64,000 nucleotides of DNA. Origin: the human T2T-CHM13v2.0 reference genome, Homo sapiens. The notes beneath the pieces were generated by a model that was given only the letters and a program-made list of their open reading frames with translations, was not told the DNA's origin and searched no databases. The translations under genes were made by a program, and so were the position numbers. The stretch is from the NCBI RefSeq assembly GCF_009914755.1, contig NC_060936.1. One strand, given 5' to 3'. Shown here in pieces: positions 43,327 to 58,659 of this stretch (its first letter is position 1; each line of letters starts with the position of its first letter).

Positions 43327-43681
43327 TGCCTTAGTCAGCTGGGGCTGGTATAACAAATTACCATAGACTGAGTGGCTTAAACAAAAAACATTTGTTTCCC
43401 ACACTTTTGGAGGCTTAGAAGTCCAAAATTCGACATCTGCAGATGTAATATCTAGTGAGGCCCTCTTTCTGGTTTGCAAGCGGCCACCTTTTTGCTATGT
43501 CCTCACATGCTAGAGAGAAAGATCATCTTTCTTGTGTATCTTCTAATAAGGGCACTAATCTCATTGGGAGGGCTCTACACACAATCAAGTTACCTTCCAA
43601 AGGCCTCACCTTTAAATACCATACATTGGGGATTAAGATTTCTACATATACATTTGAAGGGAGTGCATTCAGTTCATAGCA
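43327..43681 (-). mobile_element. MLT1A MaLR solo LTR
   Basis: ataacaaattaccatagactgagtggcttaaacaa; TG...CA ends; TSD tgcag/tgtag. Confidence 0.9.
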
Positions 43682-46469
43682 TGTAGCTTTATAGTAAATC
43701 TTGAAGCCAAGCAGTGTTAGTCCTCCAACTTTGTTCTTCTCCTTCAGCATTGGTTTGGCTATTCTGGGTCTTTTGCCCCTCCTTATAAACTCTAGAATCA
43801 GTTTATCAATATCTGCAAAATGACTTGCTGGAATTTTTATCAGGATTGCATTGAATCTATACATCAAAATGAGAAGACCTGACATCATGGCAATGTTGAG
43901 TCTTCCTATTCAAGGTCGTGGAATATCTTTCCATGTCTTTTGTTCTTTGATATTTTTCATTAGAGCTTTGTACTTTTCCTCATAAATAGATCTTGTACAT
44001 ATTTTGTTATTACATAAATATTTCATTTTTAGGAGCACTAATTTAAATGATAATTCTTTGTATTTCAAATTCTACTTATTCATTGTTGGTACAATAACAT
44101 TTTTAAAGATTTTGTTAATGCTGCTTAACAAAACCACTGATATTTGGCCTGGAGCATCCAGAAAAGCAGGAGAGACGGCCTTTGCTTTAGATGTACCTAG
44201 AGAGTTTAGTCTTACTCCGTATATTTCTTTACAGAGACTATGAGTTTGAAAAGCTCTGAAGATGAATTTATGAGATATGCTAACATGAATTATGATAGTG
44301 TGTCAATGTTTAGATCACCTTGAATAAAAGAGCTGTGTCTATTACTAGCTGACAGATTTGGAAATTATTCAGAAGTGTTTCTAATTACAATATAATTGTT
44401 TTCTTCTATAAATTTAATGGATCTGAGAAAAACTGAAGTGGATCACAGTTTTATAGAATTCAGAGCAAGTAGTACCTTGCACCTATCATATTTGGTGTAT
44501 TGTATAAATGTTCATTTATGTATATAAGTGCTTTTGTTTACGCTCTTTAGCTTTATCCAAAACAATTTCTATTAATTGCTAGCTGAAAAAGCTAACAAAC
44601 ATACAATTTTTATTATTCAGTGTGAAGAATATTTAGTTTTTATAAGCAGCTTATTTATCTTACTGTTCTCCCCATGACAAGAGAACTAGTCAGCAGAGAG
44701 TACCATAATCTTAAAAATAGTATCAAACCTTCCCAGTTCATATTATTCTTGCTAATCCACCCTTTACCTGATCAAGCAAACAACATTTTAAGATGAAGAT
44801 ATTTTAAAACAAAATATTTTTATCCAGGTTATATTTATGTTGCTGCTTGACCAAGACTGCTTACACACTACAAGTGGTGAGTTTTCTACTGTCAGTTATT
44901 ATGAGTGTGTAAGCACAAGGAATAATGTAGCCTGCACATTTTTCCACATTTATTCTTCCAGAACCTATTTTTAGGCTATTCTACAGGTAATTATCACTGT
45001 ATAAACAAACTGCTTACACATCCATATAGACTGATTTACAGCAGCTACTCATTTTACCTGCCTATGTATCATGCTGTCAATATGTTCAAGATAATGTGCA
45101 GAAAGCATAAGACTGAGGAGCCAGAAAAGGCCTGAGAGGTTACATGGTCTAATGTGCTTTTTGTATAGATCAGGAAATGGATGATAAAATCACATCATCT
45201 GAGGATATGCTCACTTTTCAAATATCTTAACATACAATTAAAAGATCATGAAATAAAAAAGAACAGGTAGATCTGGGATGCTGAGAAAACCAGCACTTTG
45301 ATTTAGTTTTTGCATACTACATGGGCCTTTGCACATACTGGCCCCTCTAAAATGCCCGCCCCCTCCAAGACTGATAATCATATTTCAAAATTATATTCAA
45401 GTTAAATGTCTCTTCCATGGTTTTCTGGACTCCACTCTCAACCTTGTTAGTCATTATTACTTCCACACTTGGTGTTTGCATTATATTATGTAACGCATCA
45501 GATATATCTTGTATCCTACCTCTTTTCCACACAGCTCCACCCTTAACTCCAGCCACTGCTACTGTGGCTATTTCCACAAGTCACAGACTAGCTTTATGCA
45601 ACTGCAAATTTGCCAGCACCTCAGCTCATTCCTTTGCTGTGTATCTTTTGCTTCCTGTCCTGTGTGTCTTTGACACACAGCATGGGTCACCTATGGGAAT
45701 CTACTCAGTACTTTTTCACATCTAACCTATGGAAATTAACACATATGAGAAAATGCTTTGACAGACTGGCAAAAGAGTCAAATAATACATTCTTAGCTTT
45801 TCATACCCTGAAAAGCCAGTTCTAAGATGCAATTCTAAAGGCTCCTCAGATGGACCTGCAGAACTGAGTACCAGTCACCCATAGCATAGCCAACTTGACA
45901 ATGCACCCCCTACCCTGTAATGGCTTCATCTCTTCCCTGTTTTTCTTCCCTTGTTTCTCATTACTGCTTCCTTTGATCACTTCCCAATTTAAACCACCTG
46001 CATGTAAGCCATTTCTCAATAGGAAATTGCAGCAACTCAATAGAGACAGGACTATGATAACAGATTTTTCAGAAATGAAATCTGTTGCCTACCTGATAAA
46101 GACCTCTGCCTAAGTGGAATATATAAGCAGAGTATAAGGGAAATGTTGAATGGATGACGGAAGAAAAAAATATGATGATAAGCCTTGGTCTAATAACAGG
46201 ATACAGTTCTAGAAACTGTAGTCATTATGCATATTTTGTGTTGATTGATTATTTTTCTCCCCTCTCCCTGATACTTTGTGTGAGAGGTTTGTGTGATGGG
46301 GGAGAATGCTACAATTTAAGTTCCAATTGAAGTTAATGTGTGACTGACATCATTCCATCACTATCTGGTAGGGATTTTGTGTCTCCTTGGTGTTAGGAAT
46401 GACAACATCTTCATCTTCTAAATAATGGGCAAGAATAGATGCTTTGTGGACAAAGCAATGGAATGTGCC

Positions 46470-46900
46470 AGTCTCTATCTATTTCCTCACTTAGATCCAT
46501 TCTCCACTCTTTTCTTCCCCTCTCTGTATTAAGTAGGCTGCTCTTAATGAATTGCACTTTGAGAACTCCCTAATGGCTGACTTCCAGTTGGATTTGACAA
46601 GCAGATGGGCCAGCAGGGGATTGGAAGGCAGAAGAAGAAAAATGTTGGGACATTTCTTTCCTGACCTCTCTCTGCTTGGCACTATTATCTCTGGTGGCAG
46701 CTGTGTCCCTTCCAATCACAACTCCCACTGGGATCTGGTCACTCTATGTCCTCCTCTGTTCCCAAAGAAACAATTGCTTCTCATTGTTACTAGTCTAAGT
46801 GACAAATTGTGCCTTGTTTGTCCTCTTAAGCCTGCTTCCCCTTATACTATTGAAGTCTCTTCATTTGAGTTCTATGAATGAACTCTGGTTTTTGCCAAGA
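46470..46900 (+). mobile_element. Old ERVL-type LTR
   Basis: ctccctaatggctgacttccagttggatttgac...gcaggggattggaaggcagaag pattern. Confidence 0.5.
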
Positions 46901-48429
46901 CCCTGGCTGATTTACACACACACTTGTTTTCACACATGCGCATGTGCACACACACAGACACACACAGATGCCAAGACACAGAACGCTCTCATTTCAATGA
47001 AGATGACTCATCTATGACTCATTCTATGAAGAATAATAGTAGTTAAATATGTCATAAGAACAAAAGAGGAAAAGACAATGAGGAACTAGGACAATTTACA
47101 ATTTATTTTAATAAAAGCTGCTAGCCATTTTAAATCATGTTTAAATCAAATCTCCTATTCCATTAAAAAGTTTTATAGCGATAGCAAACATTTTATTATT
47201 TTGAGAGTCACATCTTTCTCTTTTCTAGGCCTCCTTTACAGAGAGAATAAAAATTATATAGTGGCTATAAAATAATAGAAGGTAGAAAATGTGAGATGTA
47301 AGTCCAATAAGCTACTGGATAATTCTAATTAGACTTTAAAACTATCCTTTTCCAATACTATTCTTCTCCTTCACCTTCTTTTCTCTAGGTAAATCCTTGC
47401 ACGACACTTGTTTCTTTCACCATCTTTCCTGCCTGTCCATGTTCCTAGTGTACCCTTTCATTTATCTCTTTATATTGGGGTCCCATACTCCTAAATTACA
47501 TAATTTATATACATTGCAGGACACATGGGCACAGTAGCTGGTATGACAAAATTGAAATGCCAGTTTATACTTAATTTTAAAATGCTTATTTCATGATATA
47601 TTATGAAGGGAGCTAAGCATGCCTTAATATGACTTTGTTTATCCCTAAGACTAAATCACAAACGATTATGGTGTTTAACAAAGTTTGGTGATGGCACAGG
47701 TTCACAAGCCCACTCTTCATTTCATATTTATCCCCCACATCAATATATCCCTCTGGAAATCACAAGAAGAAACAGTCTTCTGAGGAAAGTCTGTTCATCA
47801 TCATTCACATTAACTTCATCTGCAAAGAGGGTAGTAAAAGACATCTCCTTTTCTTGTTCTAATTCTAATACTCAATCAGCATCCATTTCATGTTTGAATG
47901 TCTACTTGTTTTTGAAAACTTGACTTCAATGTTTTGGGGTCCATGGTGGATATCTGCCATTTCTTTTATGGACACATGACATGGGCACCATTAAACTGGT
48001 AACTCTCATCCCTGACTCTGAACTGGGAGGTAGTAAGTAACTGAAAAGGATTCTCTCTGAAGCAGGAAGACAAAGTTCTTGGGCCAACAGTGCAGAGGTC
48101 TGGGTGGCAGCATCCAACAGTCAGTGCCAGCGGGATTGGCACTGCAAGCTAAAGTGTCCAGTGCTCAGAGGAAGTTACTGCAGCTTCCTCACTGAACCAG
48201 TCTGTGACAAGACTGTGAGTATTTTTCCAGGTCACACAGCCACCAAGCACATGGTTCTCTATTTCTCCTAGAAATTTATAAATTTACCCAGCATCCTCTT
48301 TTTAATTTCCTTTTTTTTCTTTTGGAACTCAAATCCAAACAGAAATTGATTTAATTGTACTCCTATGCTGTCTTGCTAGAAGACTATTTTCCTGCTTTAT
48401 CTCATTATTTCTTCCATTGTTTCACCTTT

Positions 48430-49210
48430 TGATTCTTTCATTCTACCACCAGCAAGGATACCTACTGTAATGTGTTGGTATATGTACAGGGATATGTGGG
48501 TGTGTGTGTGTGTGTGTGTGTGTGTATTTCTTTGAAAACCTATGTCATCGTTTTGGGTATCATGTGATTTTTAAATTTACATAAGTGGTGCTAAGCTGCA
48601 TATCATTCTATTTTTTTTCACTGAACACTCTGATAATAAGATCTATCTGTGTTTTTGTAGGTACTGTAATTCATTGCCTCTGCCACACAGTAATACATAA
48701 TAATCGTTATCGTATTTAGTTTATCTCTTCTCCTAATGATGGCAAATTTGGTTGTTGCCTCCAGCTCCCTGCTGTAACAATGCCACAATAAACATCTTCA
48801 AGCATACCCCTTCATGGACATATATATTCATTTCTCTGGAGTCTATGTTATGAGGAGGATTACTAGATAGGACATATGCAAAATGTGTATATCCGTCTCT
48901 ACTCTCATCAGGTATGCGTGGTTTCCTACTTCCCCGCACTCTTGCCAGCACTTGGCATCATCCTACTTTCTTATTTTTCATACTCTGACTGATGCAAAGT
49001 GCTGTTGTTTCCCTGATTACCAGTTGTTTATTTACTTGTTATATATGTATTTGTTAGCTATTTGAGTTTCTCCTTTCGTGACATATCCTGTGTCCATTTT
49101 TCTTTTTGTTTCACTACCTTTTACTTGTGAATTTATAAGGGTTCTTTCCAGACATTAATTCTATACCAACTTTAGACATTGTAATTATCTTCTCCAAATC
49201 CTACATCCAT
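48430..49210 (-). mobile_element. L1ME-type 3' fragment containing a (TG)n run
   Basis: tgccacaataaacatctt...cactcttgccagcacttgg. Confidence 0.65.
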
Positions 49211-49931
49211 TTACTAATAAAATAACTTATTGTTCCACATGCATTTCCCATACACAGCTTCTATTGTTTACATCTAAGAACTTTAACTGAAACTGAGACC
49301 ATAATGGTACCTTTTCTTTCTTGGTTATCAAAGAAAGTTATCCCCAAGAATCATTATTTTGATTGATGAATAACATAATGTTCATGAGGTCTTATGTAAA
49401 ATATTATCTGCCTTTCCTTATATTTCTCACTAAAAAAATCCATATCTGCCCTCTAAATGTTCTACGCCTTCTGCAAATCTGTTTCAAAACAGCCACATTG
49501 TACAGAACTCTTATTTATCTAGCTTTTGGTAGCTCTGCATCCATTCTAAGCAACTGCAATTTATATGTATTATTTCCTTGTCTGTTATAATTGATTGAAG
49601 AAGAAAATAATCTACTAATTAATATCCACAGAAAGCATACTGTTGGACTAGTAGTTTAAGACTGTGTTATTTAAACCAAAACAACCATTGTTTTAAAGTG
49701 CAAGATTTTTTCCAAAGACAGTTATAGGGTACGCAATGGCTAATAACATCTCCTGGTAAAAGAGATATTCGGAATTGGGGATTCTGAATCATTGACCATC
49801 CACTTCCCATTGTCCCCAGAACCCAGCTAAATTCCTGAAGAATATGTGCACAGAAGATCCTCCAGAAAGAAGCATACTCTTTATTACCAGCTGATACTTT
49901 CTCTCCAACCTCTATGTAGTCTCATACCTGG

Positions 49932-50401
49932 TATATTAGTCTGGGTCCTCCAAAGAAACAGAACCATATGTATATATGTATCTATATACTGAGAGAAAGA
50001 GACAGAGTTTAAGGAATTGGTTCTCATAGTAATGGAGGCTGGCAAATCCAAAATATGCCAGGCAGGCCATCAGGCTGGAGACCCAGGGAAAAGTCAATGC
50101 TACCATTCAACTCCAAAGGTCTTCTGCTGGCAGAAATTCTTCTAGCTGGGGAGAGATCAGTCTTGTGTTCTATTCAGTCCTTCAACTGAATAGATGAGGC
50201 ACATGTGGAATAGATCCACATTCTAAAAGACAATCTGCTCTGCTCTGATTTAAATGTTAATCCAACAATTAACATTAACTTTAATGATATAAATGTTAAT
50301 CTCATCTAAAAACATCCTCACAGAAACATCCAGAATAATGTTTGACCAAACATATGGGCACTGTGGTCCAGCCAATTTGACAACTAAAATTAACCATCAC
50401 T
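49932..50401 (-). mobile_element. MLT2 (ERVL) solo LTR
   Basis: tattagtctgggtcctccaaagaaacagaacc...taaaattaaccatcac; TSD cctgg/cttgg. Confidence 0.9.
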
Positions 50402-53014
50402 CTTGGCAAGCTGCCCTGGGCCTTCCTGCTTTAGTAGAGTTAGATACAGGTAGCACCCAAGGTCCACTGGCTTTTCAATGCCCAGGCAGCAAATACAGAG
50501 ATCCAAAGTATCTTTTTATGAAAAGATCCTAATAGATATAAAAGCAGAGAGGTCAGAGAAAGATGGTTGAAACTGTTGCCTGTATCCAGTTCCACTTTAA
50601 CCTTTATTCCTCACACTGTAATTTCTGCCTCTATTTCAGTGGTCCCACGTTGTATTCCATATCAGAACCCCATCTAGGGAGTGGAGTGAGACTGAGATAG
50701 ATCGATGCTCCCCTGAGCTCTTCTGAGAGTTTACAGTGCACTTGACTCATAGGAACACATCAAAAGGCTTAGAAATAGGAACTTATAAAACAGTGACCAT
50801 CCAGCCTGGGAGCTGACAGTAAGGAGGGGCAGTCTACAGATAATTTTAAAACCATAATAAAACTGATTAAAAGTTGGCCTGATTTTTATCATCACCATGT
50901 GCTGGCAGTTCTAAACAAGGTCAATAATATAATACTTTTGACCACCAAAACAGACCACAACCTACCTCTTGGCCACTGCTATGACAGAGGCTTTTAGGGC
51001 ATCTATAAGCATCCTCTAACTGCAGCATTCTTATGCTAACCCCAACATATGCAGATGGGAAATTCTCTTCAATCACAGCATCACCTCCTGCCTGTGAAAT
51101 GAATTTCATGGTGGGGAGGGCAGGGTTGGTGAAGGGGAGACTCTAAGTCACTCTGCTGGAGGCAAACCAAAACTCCAGAAAAAAACAATAATAATTCACA
51201 GTGTGAAATTAACTTTGATTAATTTACCAAAACATTTACATGGGTGCATTCAATATGAATGTTTTATTTAATGTATATATGAATTGTAGTTTGTATCAGG
51301 TATGAATCTTCATCTACAAAATAAAGTGTTCATTTACATAACAAAAAATATTTTACACCTACTGGACATTATTCTGTTCTGGAGACTTGAATTATAACAG
51401 TAAACAATATAGAGAAATGTGAAATGCAGACATTCCTACTTCCTTAACTATTGAACCTTTTAAATCAAATATATACAGTCCTATCTTGTGGTGATATCAA
51501 TTTTCAGGGACAGAGCAATGTAAACCTATACTCAGGAAGGAAATATTTTTCTTTATTGCCTAATAACTACTTAGTTTTCCTTCCTGGAAACATCAAGATC
51601 CATTGCCCTGCAGAGCAGGGGTTAGTTCTATTCTCCACCTGGGACCTACCAGAAAAACAGAGGAACTACATTACCTTTCAACAGCTGCTTCTTGGGTAAG
51701 CACAAGAGAGACTCCAGTTTCACTGTTCTTATAAGGACTCATTATTTTATCTCCAATCTTCCAATGATGGTTGCTGGATAGGCAGAGAAAACAGTTGCCA
51801 GTGAAGAAAGGCAGTGATTAATTTCTCCAGTTCACATATAAATACACACAATTTGCACTGTGAGAAAACTGGAAGAACAAAGAATGTTTCTGGTGTAATG
51901 GGCATGTGTCTTAGTCATGGTAATTAAGACTTAGTATTACAAAGCCATTTGTCATTTAAAAGGCTCATTCTTGATCATTTTATTTGCTAATGTATTCTCA
52001 TTATGAGACATGGAGGATGGAATGCTGCCTTAACTCAGCAGTTATCTTTGGTTATTGATTTTTTTCTGTAAAAATCAGAAAGACTTTCTTTTAGCTTGAT
52101 TCAATTAAGACACCAAATAATATGGTTTTGAATTGCTTCAAAGGAAAAAAGCAGATGTAAAATCAGTGAATCATGTGAGCCATTGATATCAATTAGCTAA
52201 ACCATGCCGAGGTGATCCCTGTTAGCAGTTAAGTTCTTCCTTTCCCCAGGACTACAATGCTCTGCAGAAAGGTGCCCTTAGGTTTAAAAGTGACACTGGT
52301 TGACATACTCAGAAAGCCTTCTGTTCAAATTCTACCTCTTGAAGAGCCTTTCCAATTGTGAGATCATTTGGACAATTTTGGACCATGCAGGATTCAAACA
52401 TGAATGTCATATTAAGCTCAAGAATATATTTATGATTCCATACTTTCACCTACCTTGGAGTGATTTCTGTTGCACTCACTGAAATATCAGAGTAAGCTCA
52501 ATATCAGATATTGATATAATATCAATACATAATATCAATATCAAGCTAAATATCAAAGTTAACTAACCACCATTAATCACCCAAAGCATAGATCAAATGC
52601 AAACCCATTATAGAAAAAAGAGAATGAGGAACAGTGTGTGTCCTTTTGGTCAGGAGTGTGCTAACACAGGAATAGATAGGATCCTAAAATGCAACAATCA
52701 ATGGCAAGTGGTCTTTTTAATTTAGTGGGCAACCAGAGGTGACATGATTTGATGCCTTTCTGTCAGATGAAAAGAGCAAGAGTTTCTCTATGTTTTTTCA
52801 TTTAAAAAATATTATGTCATAGATTTGAGGCTTACCTGTATTCAGCAAGAAGTAGAGGAGAAATTCCATGTGTATGTTAAAAATATAGCTGCAAAATTCT
52901 GCAATAAATATCTCTTCTATCATCCTTTTCAGGTCAAATATTATGATCCTTTGTGACAGCAAGATTTCAGGAAAGAGAATAAAATGTCAGAGAATGTAAA
53001 TCTTTTATGATGAC

Positions 53015-53502
53015 TGTGATGGTTAATTTTATGTGTCAACTTCAGTGGGCCATAGGATGCCTGGATATTTAGTTAAACACTATTCTGGGTGTATCTGTGA
53101 AGGTGTTTGCATGAGATTAATCGGTAGACTGAGTATAGCAGAGTATACTCCCTAATGAGGGAAGACCTTATCCCATCAACTGAAGGCCTGCATAGAAGAA
53201 AAGGCTGACCCGCCCCCAATAAGAGAGCATTCTTTCTGCCTGACTGCCTTAAACTGGGATGTAAGCTTTTTCCTGCTTTCAGAGTTGAACTGAAAAATCA
53301 GCTCTTCCTGGGTGTCTAGCCTGCCAGCCTTAACACTGAAATTGTATCATTAGCTCTCCTAGGTCTCCAGCTTCCTGAGTCACCCTGCAGACCTTGGGAC
53401 TTAGCCTCCATAATTTCATGAGCTGCTCCTCATAATAAATTCCTTACATATATGCACACACATCCTATTGGTTCTGTTCTCTGAAGAACCCTGACTAATA
53501 CA
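53015..53502 (+). mobile_element. MLT2B-like (ERVL) solo LTR
   Basis: tgtgatggttaattttatgtgtcaactt...gaaccctgactaataca. Confidence 0.9.
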
Positions 53503-54722
53503 ATGCTTGAGGGGATTTTTCTCAAGCATGAATAACTTTTGTTTCTCTTTCCTTCTTTTCTTCCTTTCTCCAAGCAGAATACAGATATTTACAGTTATCC
53601 CAAATACATTCATTGAATAGGTGACTGGATTTCTGATGACTACTTTATTTTTTATTACATTTCTGTATGCACTTGGGCATATCTGGGTTTTCTGTTCTAG
53701 CTCATTAACCTGCCTACTCTCATGCCCATACCAATCTCTCTCCTTTTTAGTAATTTTTTAAAATTATAGTACCACTCTCTTTTAATTATTGGGATTTCAT
53801 GAGTTTTAACATATGGTGTGTCCCCTACCCTTAACCTTTATTGCTATTTTTTGTCAGCTTTCTACTGGATGTTCTTTTGGAAAAAAAAATTCATTTTTAA
53901 ATTGAGGTAAAATTTATGTATAGTGAATTACATAGCTCTTAAATGTAGTTCAATGAGTCTTGCCAATTTTCCACGCCCATTTCTACATACAATGTTGTAT
54001 TTTGTTTTATTTGTTCTGTTTTGAGAAGTGATGTATTTATGATGTTAAATATTCCTATACAAGTATAAGGTACATTGTTTTCCATGCGATCAAGTGTTTT
54101 TTCTGTGTTATTGTATGGAAGGTCACCAGCTGAGCATCCGTACTGTGTGAGGACACAAAATAAACTCTATTAAGTTAAGCCACCTTAAGTTTGGAGGTTG
54201 TTTGTTACAGCAGTTAGCCCATACCAACCAATACAACTAGATTTAACACCAGGCTTGGTTTGTACTTTGCTGTTTTATCATGGTTGTGTTATATTTGTTG
54301 ACAAGTTCCTGGTATAGTGAGTGCTCTTAATATTCAAATGTACAATTTGTTAGTGTAAGTGAATTACTACAAAGCGCCACTAGGTGTCCTCTAGCAATAA
54401 TTTTCCCTGGCCTGCTGAAAGACTGACTGAAGCTTTATTTTTTCCCTTGGCTGTACTGCTGAATTGGTCCCCAGGACTCCACCCTCCTGCCATCACTGCT
54501 AACATACCAGAAAAATGAGAACCTTTTGTTGTTTTTAAGAACGTAGTTAAGTATATCATTCTTCTTAAGAACAAAAGTGTAGACTTTATCATGTTATAAA
54601 GAACCCACTATCAGAGACACATTTGTGATTTTTCTGAAAGTTGCTCAAGAACAGATTTGGAAGAGACAATTTATACTGTATACCTCTCCCATTTATCTCC
54701 TATCTATTCTTTAGCATTCTAA

Positions 54723-55292
<570 letters not shown>

Positions 55293-55949
55293 TTAGGTGT
55301 TGTAAGTATGAAAGAGAAAGAAGTCCGGAAAATCTCCAGCATTCCCGGATCAAGGCAACAGGGGCATGGTGGTTCTTCTGACTGAGATAAGAAAAACTGA
55401 AGAAGGAAAAGGCTTGTGGTACAAGGCAGAAAGGAATATGTTTACATTTTTTAACATGTTAGTTTTGATGTGTCTGGGGGACATCCAAGTGAACATCTCA
55501 AATTGACTGAAAGAATTCTGAAGATTTTTGGTTAAAGAAAGGGAAGTAGAAGATGTTTTACTCTTCTCCACTCCCTCAAACTCCACCAAAAGCAAACAAA
55601 AAAAGTAGAGGAAAAATAATCTATCTTCAGTGAGACCTGGAACAGGACACAACCACAAGCCACAAACTAGGAGGCATATCTGCCAAGCACTGGGAAGTCT
55701 AGACGAAGATGAGAGAAGAGAGACTCCTAGGAGCTAGACCAAGACAACTAGTTTCCCAAGAAGTTTATGTCACCAGTAGCCTAAAAATTCCTTTGATTAG
55801 AGTGTTGAGCTCTTTGGGTATAAAGAGGCTTTGAGAATGGTGAGAGGGGGGTGTCCTTAGGGAGACCCAGGATAATGACTCGGAATGCAGGAAAAATGCA
55901 GTAGAAAGACAAATCATGCTGTGAGAAGTAGGGGAAGAGTAGGTGAGGA

Positions 55950-55995
<46 letters not shown>

Positions 55996-55997
55996 AA
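55950..55997. repeat. (TG)n(AG)n microsatellite
   Basis: Directly visible. Confidence 0.95.
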
Positions 55998-56141
55998 GAA
56001 GAGATTCACAATGTGGTGTTCTAGCTAAGGGAGACCTCTGGAGGTGAAGTGGGGTGAAAGAGGGAGGGGAAACGGTTATAGTCAAACTGCAACACAGAGC
56101 TGATGATTTAAATACTTTGCTGTCATCCTCAACCATTCCTA

Positions 56142-56779
<638 letters not shown>

Positions 56780-57502
56780 TCACCCAAAGGAAAGAGAGGA
56801 ATTACCCAGAATATAGATAAAGAGTAGTTCTCTGCATGATAAGGAAATCTTGTGATCTCAATTTAGAAGAGACAACATGAATGGGATAAAATTTGTCATA
56901 GATAATTGCTGTTCTGGGCTGCTGCTTCTCTTAGTAATAGTAACAGAATTTATTGTCTGCCCTCACACAACCAAATCCTTTCAAAGAAAATTATTCTGCC
57001 TTAATATCTATGGGTCATGTTTCATTCATAGTGATTAGTTCAGGGATGGACTTGTGACCTGAATTGATCAATGCATAAGGAAGCTGTTATTTCTGTGCAA
57101 CATTTAGATTAGAAAAAAAAATTTACTCTTTTATTTCCATGTGAATGAGAAATTTGGGAAGCTGCTGATAACAATTTTACTACCATCAGGGGAACTTCTG
57201 CCCAAAACAGAACCAACACCAAAGGAGCTCATTCAAAAAGGAGAGAGAGAGAGAAAAAAAAAAAAAGTCCTGAACTCATAGTTTTCACCCTGGCTAAACT
57301 CATTCCCTATTCTCTTCAAGATCCAATCAATTTTCCATTATTATTTAAGCCACTTGAGTAAGGTTATTTGCTGCCATTTTCAGAAATGTTCCTAACTAAA
57401 ATACAAGAGACCAAGAAAAGATACTTCATAGTATAGTATTGATTGTATTCTTCTTTTGTGTCAAGCACAATACTAAGCACTTCATGTGAAGTATTTTATT
57501 TA

Positions 57503-57978
57503 AACATGCACACATGTTTATTGCAGCACTGTTCACAATAGCAAAGACTTGGAACCAACCCCAATGACCATCAGTGATAGACTGGAAAAAGAAAACGCAG
57601 CATACATACACAATGAAATACTATGTAGCCATAAAAAGGATGCATTCATGTCCTTTGCAGGGACATGGATGAAGCTGGAAACCATCATTCTCAGCAAACT
57701 AACACAAGAACAGAAAACCAAATACCACATGTTCTCACTCATAAGTGGGAGTTGATCAATGAGAACACATGGACACAGGGAGGGGAACATCACACACTGG
57801 GGCCTGTCAGGGTGTTGGGGAGCTAGGGGAGGGGAGGGATAACATTAGGAGAAATACCTAATGTGGATGATGGGTTGATGGGTGCAACAAACCACGATGA
57901 CACATGTATACCTATGTAACAAACCTCGACATTCCTCACATGCATCCTGGAACTTAAAATATACTTTAAAAAAAAACA
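57503..57978 (+). mobile_element. L1PA 3' end
   Basis: ORF 57549-57755 MSFAGTWMKLETIILSKLTQEQKTKYHMFSLISGS plus 3' UTR and A tail. Confidence 0.95.
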
Positions 57979-58659
57979 AAAGTGAAATCACTAAAATCAG
58001 TGTCAAGCATATGTTTTGATGGACATTCCTCAAGTGAATTGACTAAGCTGGCTTGTTTAGTACAATGTTTTCAATGTACCTCTGTAACAAACCTGCACAT
58101 TCTGCACATGTATCCCAGAACTTAAAGTATAATAATAATAATAATAATAATAATCAGAGCAAGCCTATAGATAGGTATTTTATTTTCTTCTCTTGACAAA
58201 TAAGACAACTAAGTGACCCAGATGAGATAATGTTCCCAAAGACACAGAGCTGGTAACAAAAATGAGCAACAATTTGAACCAAGTGATCCTAACTCCAAAG
58301 CTATACTTAAACAGAAGCTAGAGTTTCTTCAATAAAAGGTCATTTAAACAACATAAGAAGATGAATTAAGTAGATGTACATAAAGTGGAACATAGTAAAC
58401 TATATAAACCTTTTTCTATTCCATTGGCTTGATTCTCTTTGAATACTGCTTATATGGAAGTTGGATCTTCTTATCACTTTCCATATTTATCACTTTTTTT
58501 ATAATCATGTTTCTATTCATATTCTTTTCCAATTAATTTCATGAGATTTATTCAATGTTTTCAGTGTATTTCAGTGACATTTATTAGGTTTATTCCCATT
58601 TTGATTGTTCTGTAACATTTTCTGTTTATTTTTACATTTTCTGGCTTTTCATCTCCCTT

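Larger units (their letters stand above)
41537..44090 (-). mobile_element. L1MC1-like 3' portion
   Basis: cattgacacatcattatcacccaaagtcc 3' UTR; ORF2 remnant in ORF 43523-43888 (YRFNAILIKIP...VGGLTL..FKIYYKAT). Confidence 0.9.

Noticed and set aside
42851-43366. Longest ORF (171 aa, hydrophobic)
   Set aside because: Antisense reading of L1 ORF2; T-rich artefact.
52495-52560. Cluster of AATATC words
   Set aside because: Short AT-rich low-complexity tract with no regular period.
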